Shown: positions 20,344 to 29,973, numbered from the stretch's first letter. The stretch is 46,828 bases of DNA from Promethearchaeia archaeon (GCA_029856155.1 JAHQWL010000035.1:1-46828), one strand, 5' to 3'. Translations and numbers: made by a program. The notes: a model not told the origin generated them from the sequence alone.

Positions 20344-20898
20344 GTGTTGTCGATTCCAGAAAAATTAAATAAAGATGAACCAATGAGTAAATCACATTTT
20401 AAATTTATGATAAAACATTTCAATAAACGCGATAAAGATTATCCCCCTCTCAATAAAATTAGGAAAACTAAAATTAAAGAGGGAAGCATTGTACTAGATT
20501 ATGGCTGTGGTCCAGGTAGTTACTCAATTGCAGCAGCACAGGTTGTCGGAGACTTAGGAAAAGTATATGCTGCTGATATTCATCCTTTAGCGATCGATGA
20601 AGTTAAAAACAGAGTAAGAGAAAAGGGAATAAAAAACATTGAGACCATTTTAACTAACCGTGATACAAATTTAGATGAAAATTCTATTGATGTTGTTTTA
20701 TTATTAGATATTTACCATCATCTTTCAGATCCAAAGAGTATCTTAGAAGAATTATACCGTGTTTTAAAAAAAGAGGGGTCCCTTTCTGTAGATGACCATC
20801 ATTTTAAAGATGATGAAATTATAAGCAAAATTACTAGTACAAAATTATTTAAATTTTCTGAAAAAAAAGAAGAGCTCTTTAATTTTAAAAAAGTATAG
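20344..20898 (+). CDS. Class I SAM-dependent methyltransferase
   Basis: VLDYGCGPG, VYAADIH, SIDVV, LYRVLKKEG. Start uncertain (GTG 20344, ATT 20353 or ATG 20383). Confidence 0.88.
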   Translation: MLSIPEKLNKDEPMSKSHFKFMIKHFNKRDKDYPPLNKIRKTKIKEGSIVLDYGCGPGSYSIAAAQVVGDLGKVYAADIHPLAIDEVKNRVREKGIKNIETILTNRDTNLDENSIDVVLLLDIYHHLSDPKSILEELYRVLKKEGSLSVDDHHFKDDEIISKITSTKLFKFSEKKEELFNFKKV

Positions 20899-20918
20899 AA
20901 TTATTTGAAATATTGATT

Positions 20919-21536
20919 TTAATTTTTTTTTATTTTGCTTTTTGGATTAATTACATATTTAATTAAATCGTCTATATAGTAGGATTTAATTTCAGCATTT
21001 TTCCCAGTTAAAATATCATTCTTTAAATCCCCAAAATATATCATTTCTTCTTTTTTTATTTTGAAATGTTTTTGAATCTTTATTAATCCATCAGGAGCAG
21101 GTTTCCATCTCCTCACATCTTCCCTACCGACAATATAATCTATTTTTTTAGTAATATTTGCGAGTTCTAAAGCCCGTATAATAGTACTTCTTGTATTGAG
21201 AGAGAGAATAGCAAACTTCGCCTCTTTTTTAACCTCAAACAACTCTTTGTTATTAATAAAAAAAATAGTTTCTCCAATAATTTGAGTATTTTTTATGTTT
21301 TTAAGCTCAAATTTTCGAATAATATCAAAAAAGTCTTGTAAGATTACTTCATCTTTCTTTTGAACAACTTCGTTAAGACAAGTAGAAATTCTTTCAACCT
21401 TACAATCTTCGTTATAATGTTCCCTATACCTCGTAATTAAAATATCTCTTAATGACATCCAATCAGCTGATAATTTTACTATTGTACCATCTAAGTCGAA
21501 TATTATGATTTTTTTGTTTCTAAATGTAATATTCAT
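20919..21536 (-). CDS. HAD-superfamily hydrolase
   Basis: IIFDLDGT, KPAPDG, GDLKND. Confidence 0.9.
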   Translation of the reverse strand: MNITFRNKKIIIFDLDGTIVKLSADWMSLRDILITRYREHYNEDCKVERISTCLNEVVQKKDEVILQDFFDIIRKFELKNIKNTQIIGETIFFINNKELFEVKKEAKFAILSLNTRSTIIRALELANITKKIDYIVGREDVRRWKPAPDGLIKIQKHFKIKKEEMIYFGDLKNDILTGKNAEIKSYYIDDLIKYVINPKSKIKKN

Positions 21537-21656
21537 GATGATTTGTTAGATGATTTGTTAACTTTATTGGACTAAAATCCTTGAAACATAAAAATTAAAA
21601 ATGAAAGATAAAATATAATTAAAGAAAGGCTCGAGATTGATGATTCGGTTAATCTC

Positions 21657-22175
21657 TTAGTCTTTTGCATACTTATCTGTCCAAGATTTTGCTTTAGCCT
21701 CAAACTTTTTCTGTGTTCTAAAATACTGTTCTCCTGCTTCATGATTTAATGGATCTCCTGGATTAAAGAAAGGAGGCTCAACATGCATCATACCTTTTAA
21801 GGCTTCAATAATATTTGTGAGTGTTTTACTTGGAGTCCAACCAGAAGCTCCAGTACTTGCATCTACTTTTCCAACTAAATCTGGATTAATTAAATCTAAA
21901 CATATATTTAATTTTCCCGGAGGAATTGAGGAATCAATATTAGGATGCCACATTAAGGTTACTGCATATGCATAAGGAGGGGCAAAAGGATAGTTTTCAG
22001 GAAATTTAATCTCAAACACAAATTTACCATCAGCATAAGGAGTACCTTTTTTCCCAATGATGGTAAGTCTTAAATGATCAATACTTCTGCCCCATGGTTC
22101 TAAAATTACGAGTGGTTCATCTTTGTATGATTCGATTGCCTCAGTATAGTCTGTTTCCTCTCTAATGATTATCAC
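21657..22175 (-). CDS. Ubiquitin-conjugating enzyme E2
   Basis: GTPYADGKF, FPENYPFAPP, WHPNI, catalytic ICLDLI, WTP, DPLNHEA. The track's GTG lies inside the SD GGTGA, so ATT at 22166 is a likely start. Confidence 0.93.
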   Translation of the reverse strand: MIIIREETDYTEAIESYKDEPLVILEPWGRSIDHLRLTIIGKKGTPYADGKFVFEIKFPENYPFAPPYAYAVTLMWHPNIDSSIPPGKLNICLDLINPDLVGKVDASTGASGWTPSKTLTNIIEALKGMMHVEPPFFNPGDPLNHEAGEQYFRTQKKFEAKAKSWTDKYAKD

Positions 22176-22419
22176 CCATCTTTTAATTTTGCATTTAAAT
22201 TGTAATTGTAATATTAGTTTAATTTTATAAAATTATAGATTAATTAATATGTTAAAAATTTTTCACAACAAAAGTATTTTATGATTTTTAGTTATAGAAT
22301 TTTTGGGTTAATATTCTTATAATGTAAGTAATTTTTAAGTTTTGTCAAACAAAAAATCACTATTATGTTTCACATAAATTTGTATTAATTCTAATCCTAA
22401 TTCAAAAAAACGTAAAAAA

Positions 22420-22427
22420 TATATAAA
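22420..22427 (+). promoter_or_regulatory. TATA box of tRNA-Tyr
   Basis: TATATAAA preceded by a purine-rich BRE-like run, about 30 nt upstream of the tRNA 5' end. Confidence 0.5.
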
Positions 22428-22456
22428 TTCTATAATTACTTAATTTAAAAAATAAC

Positions 22457-22610
22457 CCCTCCCTAACTCAGTGGTCAGAGTGCTCGGCTGTAGATAATAT
22501 CGCGTACTAAAGCTTGTAGCTAATGAAGTTACGTCAGCCGAAACCGAGCGGTCCCCGGCTCGAAATATGGATTTGAATCGAATCCCACTAGATTCCGGGG
22601 GGAGGGACCA
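22457..22610 (+). tRNA. tRNA-Tyr(GTA) with two introns (37/38: 22494-22542; 59/60: 22565-22593) and encoded CCA
   Basis: Acceptor CCCTCCC/GGGAGGG (C1-G72, A73), D stem ACTC/GAGT, anticodon stem CTCGG/CCGAG around CT-GTA-G|A, T stem CCCGG/CCGGG, relaxed BHB motifs at both junctions. Confidence 0.88.
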
Positions 22611-22661
22611 TTATATTTAATATTCGTATGAAAAATACATAAATGATGAGAAAATAATTAT

Positions 22662-23090
22662 ATGAATCAGAACGATAATAATTCCGATCAGCATGAGCTT
22701 GAGAAAATTCGTATGAGAAAAATGAAGGCAATAATGGATGCCAAAAAGAGAAAAGAAGCAGCTCAAGAAAGAATTGTTTCTGTTTCTGAAAAAATAGATT
22801 TTGTTTTAAGAGTTGTTCTAGCTCCTGAAGCATATAGTTATTTAAGTAATATTAAGAAAAATGAGCCATATGTTTATCAAGCTATTTATAATGAACTAAT
22901 TAGTCCAGACGTGGTACAATCTATTGATTATTTAATTGCATTAATTCAAAAGCAAGGAGGGGTTCCAAGAAAGATTCCTTTAGATGCAATTATATATTTA
23001 GAACGGAAAGTTAAAGGCATAAAATCTAAGATACAGGTGAAACGAGGGGATGATATGATGGATTTAAGCTCATTTCTTAGTAAAGATTAG
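22662..23090 (+). CDS. PDCD5-like DNA-binding protein
   Basis: ELEKIRMRKM...LRVVLAPEAYSYLSNIK matches the PDCD5/MTH1615 family pattern. Confidence 0.7.
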   Translation: MNQNDNNSDQHELEKIRMRKMKAIMDAKKRKEAAQERIVSVSEKIDFVLRVVLAPEAYSYLSNIKKNEPYVYQAIYNELISPDVVQSIDYLIALIQKQGGVPRKIPLDAIIYLERKVKGIKSKIQVKRGDDMMDLSSFLSKD

Positions 23091-23118
23091 ATAACATTTT
23101 AATATTGTACTTTATTTT

Positions 23119-23673
23119 TTATTGTTCTCTCCCAGAAATTATCGCTACTACTTCCCATTCATCATTAGGGAGAGAATTTGCGGAGATATCAAAAAATTGA
23201 AACGCAAACGGCCTTCCAAATATTTGTTCGACCATAAAACTAAAAGAACTTATTGTAAATATAAAAAGCCTCTTTAAGATTGACTCCGTATTATCTTTAA
23301 TATTTAACTGGTTAATTACATCCTCAATAATTTCGATTTCTTTATTGTTATAGTGATATTTAAATACCAATTTGAAATCAACTGGAGTTGGGGCTTCTGG
23401 TTCTGAGAATGATAAACCTTTCTTCCGAAAATGAAAAAATTCATTCAAATAAAAACTAAAAATTTCCTCATGATGATCCACTAAGAGATGAGAAATACGA
23501 GAACGTTCTTTATATTGAGGCCAATAATTTTGCATTAATTCTAAAAGCCGAGGGTAATTTTTATATTTATTTTCACTTTCTTTTTTTAAATAATTAAGTA
23601 ATTGATTCTTGAGAGGTTTAAATTCAGATTGTTGGCCGACTCGAGTGATAAATTTTCGGAAGTTTTGGCTCAT
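23119..23673 (-). CDS. Hypothetical protein
   Basis: 184-aa ATG ORF filling the gap; no motif recognised. Confidence 0.7.
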   Translation of the reverse strand: MSQNFRKFITRVGQQSEFKPLKNQLLNYLKKESENKYKNYPRLLELMQNYWPQYKERSRISHLLVDHHEEIFSFYLNEFFHFRKKGLSFSEPEAPTPVDFKLVFKYHYNNKEIEIIEDVINQLNIKDNTESILKRLFIFTISSFSFMVEQIFGRPFAFQFFDISANSLPNDEWEVVAIISGREQ

Positions 23674-23869
23674 TCTCTTAAGATGAAAATTAATTTTATA
23701 TGAACTATTAACAAATACATTTATTTTTTTCTATGATATTTTGATAATACAAGTTCTCATATTTATTACTACTTTTTTTTACTACTTATCAATTATCATC
23801 AAGAATAATAAAAGAGAAATGTAATTTACTCTAGTAAAATTAAAAGGAAAATTAAGTTATATAACAATT

Positions 23870-25072
23870 ATGGTCGATAATGTCGGTTTAATTTATACTG
23901 AGGATTATCAAAAATATAATTTTGGCAAAGATCACCCTCTAAGACCTTTAAGACTTAAATTAACATATAGTTTGATGGAAAAATTGGGTCTCTTAAAGCA
24001 TGAAAGGCTATCAATTATGACTCCACGATTAGCTACACAGCAAGAAATTGAAAGAGTACATTCAGCCCAATATGTATATATTGTTAAGAAATTAAGTGAA
24101 AATCCAGAAGATATAAGTACAATTCTCATGAATCCCCTTCATTATGGATTAGGTCCAGGAGATAATCCTATGTTCAAAGGAATGTATGAAGCATCTGCTT
24201 TAGTATGTGGAGCTTCAATTAAAGCAGCAGAAACAGTCTGGAGCGAGGAAGAATATAAAATAACATTTAATCCAGCAGGAGGTTTGCACCATGCAAGGAA
24301 GGATAAAGCTTCAGGATTTTGTATTTTCAACGATATTGGGGTAGCAATAAAACATCTTAAGATGTTAAAAAAAGATATTAGAATTGCTTATTTAGATATT
24401 GATTGCCATCATGGAGATGGTGTGCAATGGCTATTTTATGACGACCCTAATGTTCTAACAATATCTTATCACCAAGATGGAAGATTTCTCTTTCCAGGTA
24501 CAGGAAGTGTTAGCGAGATAGGAGAAGGAAAGGGAAAGGGATTTTCGATTAACTTTCCGTTGCTTCCCGGAACATATAATAAACCATTCATAAATTTATT
24601 CAGAAAAACCGCACCAAAATTATTAGAAACATATGCCCCGGATATCTTAATAACACAACTAGGTGTTGATACTTATTATGATGACCCATTAACTCAAATG
24701 GGCTTTTCTCTAGCAGTTTATAGAGACGTTGCTCAAACACTTAAAACCTCTGCTCGTGATTATTGTGATAACAAATGGTTAGCGGTAGGTGGGGGAGGCT
24801 ATTTAATGACCGTAGTTCCAAGAGCATGGAGCATATTCCTAGCAAGGATGCTTGATGTAGAGTTAAAAAATGAATTACCAGATAGTTGGATACAAGAGGT
24901 TAAAGAAAATGTCCCATTTGAAGAAACTCCCTATTTATTGTGGGATAGAGGGGATAAAGTAGAAGTTCAAATGCTTTCTCATCCAGAAATTGCAAAAAAA
25001 ATTAGTGAATATACAAAAAGTCTAATAGAAATCTCTAATGAGAGATATCTACCAAATTTAGGTAAAGCATGA
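23870..25072 (+). CDS. acuC: Histone deacetylase family / acetoin utilization protein AcuC
   Basis: HPLRPLR, GGLHHA, ASGFCIFND, YLDIDCHHGDG, GVDTYYDDPL, GGGGY. Confidence 0.88.
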   Translation: MVDNVGLIYTEDYQKYNFGKDHPLRPLRLKLTYSLMEKLGLLKHERLSIMTPRLATQQEIERVHSAQYVYIVKKLSENPEDISTILMNPLHYGLGPGDNPMFKGMYEASALVCGASIKAAETVWSEEEYKITFNPAGGLHHARKDKASGFCIFNDIGVAIKHLKMLKKDIRIAYLDIDCHHGDGVQWLFYDDPNVLTISYHQDGRFLFPGTGSVSEIGEGKGKGFSINFPLLPGTYNKPFINLFRKTAPKLLETYAPDILITQLGVDTYYDDPLTQMGFSLAVYRDVAQTLKTSARDYCDNKWLAVGGGGYLMTVVPRAWSIFLARMLDVELKNELPDSWIQEVKENVPFEETPYLLWDRGDKVEVQMLSHPEIAKKISEYTKSLIEISNERYLPNLGKA

Positions 25073-25214
25073 AATTATCAAATATATTTTTATCTTAATA
25101 TTCCAAATAATACCTTTAATGAAATTTATTAATCCTTTTACCCGTTTACATTTATTTTTAGAAAAAGTTTTTTCTTAACCAAGCTAAAGATAAAATATCA
25201 CATGGGTAAATGAA

Positions 25215-26036
25215 ATGTCCAATATTTTATCCACTCTTAACGCGAAATCGGAATCTTTTTATCATAAAGCAATTAAAAGATTATGTTTCAAATTTATTTC
25301 CGAAAATAACAAGAATGTTAGAGAGAAATCACTTGAAAAATATATTAATAAGAGAAGAGCAGATGTTTATTTTGGGTTAAATTCTGGGGAGCAAATTGTC
25401 ATAGAAGTCCAGAATTCAAAAATTTCAGTAAAAGAAATTATTGCTCGAACTACTCATTATAACAAAAGGGGAATATATGTTTTATGGATCCTCTATGGAA
25501 ATGGTTCTTGTATCGCTTCACCGAAATATCCTGAAGATAAAAAGAATGTAAGGATTAGTCCTGTTGAAAATTATTTACATAGGATGTATGGTGGAAGGGT
25601 ATATTATGTTAATTTTAATTTTTATGAAGATAAAACTACAATATCTACTCCATTCGCTTTACATTTCTCTCATTCTTCAAATAAAAAGAACCGAAAGATG
25701 TTTCGGAAAAAATATGAAAATTATTATATCAAAAATATTAATTATGTTAAAATCCCTAGCTGGAATTTATTATGCGTAGATTTTAATGGTTTTAAATTGG
25801 TTAGATTCTACGATAAAAACATAAAACGAGTAATTAAAAGTCAAATTGTCAAATATTATAAGAAAAATTCAAAAAAAAAAGGAAGTAACAAGAAATTGCT
25901 CAAATTAATTGTTAAACATTTTAAACAAAAATACGGATTATTCTTGATTTTACAAGCTCTTTTAGAATTAACTAAAGAAAAAAATATAGAATTAAATCAT
26001 AGAATTATTCATAAAATTCAAAAGAAAGTGCTTTAA
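25215..26036 (+). CDS. CoiA-like PD-(D/E)XK nuclease family protein
   Basis: ESFYHKAIK, RRADV, VIEVQNSKIS, RTTHY, VLWI. Confidence 0.7.
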   Translation: MSNILSTLNAKSESFYHKAIKRLCFKFISENNKNVREKSLEKYINKRRADVYFGLNSGEQIVIEVQNSKISVKEIIARTTHYNKRGIYVLWILYGNGSCIASPKYPEDKKNVRISPVENYLHRMYGGRVYYVNFNFYEDKTTISTPFALHFSHSSNKKNRKMFRKKYENYYIKNINYVKIPSWNLLCVDFNGFKLVRFYDKNIKRVIKSQIVKYYKKNSKKKGSNKKLLKLIVKHFKQKYGLFLILQALLELTKEKNIELNHRIIHKIQKKVL

Positions 26037-26564
26037 TAGAAATAGACTTTCCAGAAACAAATTATCTATCCTAAAGAAACCCGCTTTAAACAAAAGGATG
26101 GCAATATCATGCCAATTTTAAAGTTTATTGCTAAATTGTTATTAAAATCATCAAAATAGTATTATTCTTTTAAATGTAGCTTAAATTGAGCCTTAAAATT
26201 AAAGTCAGTTTTGTCATGAGAAAAAAAGGAAATGCTTAAATACTAGTTTTTGATGAACATTAAATGTAAAACAAAAAAAGATCGGATAATCATGATACTA
26301 AAATATATTCTTATACCTAATGCCGTTGAATCGGCTAAATACCTCAACCCTTAACCCTGTTATTAGATAAATACTGTCTCCTCTTTTTGCAATTTTGATT
26401 ATCATGGCTTCCGATTTTTTCTCTTTTTTCTTATAATTTTCCCAGAGTCAAATTTGAAAAATAAATAATTAGAACATTAAAAACTAGTTTTAAAAAATAA
26501 CCACTCCATAATTAACTCAAAAAGCTAAAATTATAAATAATTTATATGAAGTAAAAAAAAGGTG

Positions 26565-27932
26565 TTATGAATTTTTATTTTTCTTGATTAAGAGTGTGGA
26601 AACTAAAGATGCGATGCCGATAAGAATAAATATATCATATCCAGTTACAACATCGCCGTCTTCTGGGTGTGCGACCGGGCATTCCCCAATTATGAATTCT
26701 ACTAGGCAAACATCACTTCTGCCCGCGCCATAGCTCTGTGTATATCCCGTAACGAAAGCTGTTCCATTTGGGCCCAATACTACTCCTTGAGTAAGATCGG
26801 TTTCGCTTCCACCCCATATACAAGACCAATCTGCAACACCACTCGAATTAAACCTCACCAAGCACCAATCGTAATCTTCACCAACGGAAACTGAAGTGTA
26901 TCCTGCAATGTATGCATTACCAGAAGAATCCATCACCATAGCATAAGTATAAGCGTGATTTCTTTCTTTCCAAGTATTGTTCCATTGATAAACTCCTTCA
27001 GAAGTAAATTTTATCAAACCAAGTCTCTGGGGGACAGGACCGATATCAGCAGGTATTGAGCAACTCTGAGCTTGCTCGTAATATCCAGCAACATATAAAT
27101 CACCCGAAGGGCTATAAATTATTTCTGTCCCATCTTCATCATCAGCACAACCCCATGTTTTGTTCCATACCATCCCGCTCGAGTTAAACTTTACCAAGTA
27201 AAGGTCGGTTTTTCCCGCTCCAAAGCTTAAAGTATTGCCTACAACATAAGCATTTCCTAACGGATCTAAAGTCAAGCCATAAGCTCGATCACTATCAATT
27301 CCTCCGCAGGTGTAGTTCCATACCACACCACTCGAGTTGAACTTTACTAAACATACGTCATAATCACCCTCCCCAAAACTATTTGTATGTCCAGTTACAT
27401 AAGCATTGTTTTGGGAATCAAGAGTAATACTCCATCCAATGTCTTCGTTCATTCCTCCCCATGTATGGTTCCATTCTACAACACCACTAGGATTGATTTT
27501 TAGCAACCATATATCAGAACCGCCGACACCATAACTCTCAGTGTATCCTGCGATGTATATATTATCAAGTGAATCTAATACGATACTCCTACCAAAATCT
27601 GCATAAATTCCACCAAACGTTTTGTTCCATTCCACTCCAGAAGAATTGAATTTTATTAAACATAGATTAAAATCACTTACTCCTAAATAACCTTTGTGTC
27701 CAACTACATAGGAATTGTTTAAAGAATCTTTAGCGATATCCCATGCTGATTCCGAACCACTTCCACCCCAAGTGTAATATGAAAGATTAGTTGATGTAAT
27801 TGAATTATGAAGTTGATTAGAATCACTGTCGATTTTCGTATTAATCTCATTAAAGGCTGTCGGACCAATTAAAAGAAGCAAGCATATCCAAACAGCAAAA
27901 ACAAGTGAAAACCATTTTTTGTTTATTTTCAT
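26565..27932 (-). CDS. Secreted SBBP-type beta-propeller protein with C-terminal Loki-CTERM/PGF-CTERM-like anchor
   Basis: Signal peptide, about 7 repeats of WN.TWGG...D.G..I.LD..xN.Y..GxT.S.G.G..D..L.KFNSSG, and tail VTGYD + TM + KKNKNS. Confidence 0.85.
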   Translation of the reverse strand: MKINKKWFSLVFAVWICLLLLIGPTAFNEINTKIDSDSNQLHNSITSTNLSYYTWGGSGSESAWDIAKDSLNNSYVVGHKGYLGVSDFNLCLIKFNSSGVEWNKTFGGIYADFGRSIVLDSLDNIYIAGYTESYGVGGSDIWLLKINPSGVVEWNHTWGGMNEDIGWSITLDSQNNAYVTGHTNSFGEGDYDVCLVKFNSSGVVWNYTCGGIDSDRAYGLTLDPLGNAYVVGNTLSFGAGKTDLYLVKFNSSGMVWNKTWGCADDEDGTEIIYSPSGDLYVAGYYEQAQSCSIPADIGPVPQRLGLIKFTSEGVYQWNNTWKERNHAYTYAMVMDSSGNAYIAGYTSVSVGEDYDWCLVRFNSSGVADWSCIWGGSETDLTQGVVLGPNGTAFVTGYTQSYGAGRSDVCLVEFIIGECPVAHPEDGDVVTGYDIFILIGIASLVSTLLIKKNKNS

Positions 27933-28123
27933 TTTTAATACCTATCAAAAATGACTTTCAAATTATAAATTTATTAATAGATTCGCTATAATAGGAAAGA
28001 TCTTTTCACTATTTATATTTATTCTGTGACAAATCAACTATAAAAAACTTATGGTTGAAATAACTACTTTAAGAAATAATGAAAAATTAATGTATAATAT
28101 TTTCACCGTTTAAAAACTATGAA

Positions 28124-29263
28124 TTAGATTAAAAGAGGATCTTTAGGGTTGTAAGTTACTTGTTCACATTTTTCTTTACCAACTATAAGATCATCTTCTA
28201 GTCTTATACCCCATTTACCAATCCAATATAAACCAGGTTCATTTGTATATACCATATTCTCTTTTAATATAGAATGTTCAGGTGCTTTCGAACTTACTCG
28301 AGGACCTACACCGTGTGCTTCGAAATCTAGTGCATGTCCTAATCCATGAAAGAACAATTTCTCATGATCATAACTTTTTTCAGCTAAATATTCGCGACAT
28401 TTTATTGCAGGTAAACGACTTGGGGTGCCATCAGTATAATATTTATTAGCAATTTCTTTTGATTCATAAAGTGCGTTGTACGCATCTATGAATTCTTCTG
28501 AAGGATTACTACCCACCCAATAAGTCCAAGTAATGTCAGAACACATCTCATCAATTTGCATACCGGTATCAATTAGAAGAGGTCCCGGCTTTATTTTTTC
28601 ATTTGAAGTGTTATGATGCGGGTCAGCAGAATGTTCTCCAGTGCCCACGATTGCCGGAAAAGCGGGTTTACCTACTTTTGCATATTCATATTCTAATTTT
28701 GCCATTACTTCTCGTTCAGTCATGCCGACTTTTGCGAAATCTGGAACTGTTTCTAGCAATTCAATAGTAGCTTTACATACATTTCGCAAATCTTTTAATT
28801 CTTCTGTAGATTTAACACATCTAAGTTCATATATTATAGGCGCTGCTGAAATAAACTCTGTATTTGGTGCTAACTTTTTTAGTGCTGAATAAGTACCAAA
28901 TGGTATGTAATCTGCATATGAAGTTGTATTCTCCTGAAAAATATTCTCTCCAAAATCAAGAGCTATCTTTGGTTTATTAACGAAATTTTTTAATTTTTCA
29001 ATAAATTCGCTTGTAGAATTAAACGGAATTACTTCTGCGGTTATCCCCTTTTTCTTAAGAGAATTTTTAACCATATTTGCTTCCATGACTACAGGAAGAA
29101 CTTTATGATTCCCATCAGCATCAATAAAAATCGCATGAAGAGCATGAGAACCAACTCCTAATAAATAACGAGAATGAATATCATTATCTTCATCACAAAC
29201 TATTAACCAACCATCTCCATTTATTTCTTGGAGGATTTGTTGAGCTTTTTCAAATTTATTCAT
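28124..29263 (-). CDS. Xaa-Pro peptidase (M24 family)
   Basis: PHH, DTG...CSDITWT, HGLGH, NEPGLY, GIRLEDD. Confidence 0.9.
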   Translation of the reverse strand: MNKFEKAQQILQEINGDGWLIVCDEDNDIHSRYLLGVGSHALHAIFIDADGNHKVLPVVMEANMVKNSLKKKGITAEVIPFNSTSEFIEKLKNFVNKPKIALDFGENIFQENTTSYADYIPFGTYSALKKLAPNTEFISAAPIIYELRCVKSTEELKDLRNVCKATIELLETVPDFAKVGMTEREVMAKLEYEYAKVGKPAFPAIVGTGEHSADPHHNTSNEKIKPGPLLIDTGMQIDEMCSDITWTYWVGSNPSEEFIDAYNALYESKEIANKYYTDGTPSRLPAIKCREYLAEKSYDHEKLFFHGLGHALDFEAHGVGPRVSSKAPEHSILKENMVYTNEPGLYWIGKWGIRLEDDLIVGKEKCEQVTYNPKDPLLI

Positions 29264-29502
29264 AGATCAAATCATTAAATGGTTTTTAATTAATTTTATT
29301 AAAATACAGTATTTTTGATATATTTGTTTAAGAATAAAAATTTATAGATTCACAATCTAGCGAATAATTGTTATAACCTATTGATACTAAGAAAAAGAAT
29401 TTTTACTAATTTTTTATTTTTTAAGAATAAAAATATTTATTATAACTTAGTCCATTAATTAATAAGGATTAACAAAAATATTCAATCAAGTTGAGGAGTG
29501 AT

Positions 29503-29955
29503 ATGACAGAAATAAAAAAACTACAATTAAGTACGGGAATAGAGGTAGATTTTGATAAAAAAGCACCAACTACTCTCTTTGAGCTGATAATTAGTGAGAT
29601 ATTGATTCCAAAATATAAAGAAAATGCTGATTGGAACTTAAGTTTAAATATTATCATTGAAGAAATGAATCGCCTCATAAAAAAGTATGATTTAAACCCC
29701 AAGTTAAAACTAGGATTACTGAATGATGTTGAGGAACATTTAGATAAAGACATCGAAGAACTCACGGGAGTAGATAAAATTGAAATACTATTTTTGAATA
29801 TGGATGATTACGTTGAAGATATAAAAAAAATAATACTTTCAGGGAAAGATAAGGAAGAAATTCGCACAAGTATGGCTCAAGTAGTAATGCCCTTAACGCT
29901 TTATGAATTATCTGAGCTTTTTATTTATTTAGGAAAGCGAACTTTTTTAAAATAA
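29503..29955 (+). CDS. Hypothetical protein
   Basis: ATG at 29503 after GAGGAG; helical and acidic, no motif recognised. Confidence 0.7.
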   Translation: MTEIKKLQLSTGIEVDFDKKAPTTLFELIISEILIPKYKENADWNLSLNIIIEEMNRLIKKYDLNPKLKLGLLNDVEEHLDKDIEELTGVDKIEILFLNMDDYVEDIKKIILSGKDKEEIRTSMAQVVMPLTLYELSELFIYLGKRTFLK

Positions 29956-29973
29956 TCAATTTTTTATCTTTTT

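Noticed and set aside
22588-22833. 81-aa minus-strand ORF
   Set aside because: Overlaps the tRNA 3' end and the PDCD5-like gene in antisense.
22662-25072. PDCD5-like and HDAC-family genes as a eukaryote-like chromatin module
   Set aside because: Both families are widespread in archaea, and the genes are separated by an oppositely oriented ORF.
25215-26036. CoiA-like nuclease as the cognate restriction enzyme of the DNA methyltransferase
   Set aside because: The genes are about 19.5 kb apart with unrelated genes between them.
26345-26358. CAACCCTTAACCCT, resembling a telomerase template or telomeric repeat
   Set aside because: Only two imperfect units and no reverse transcriptase in the window; chance is sufficient.
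22410-26600. Integrated element at tRNA-Tyr
   Set aside because: No integrase and no duplicated tRNA 3' end (att site) seen; downstream genes look like housekeeping genes.
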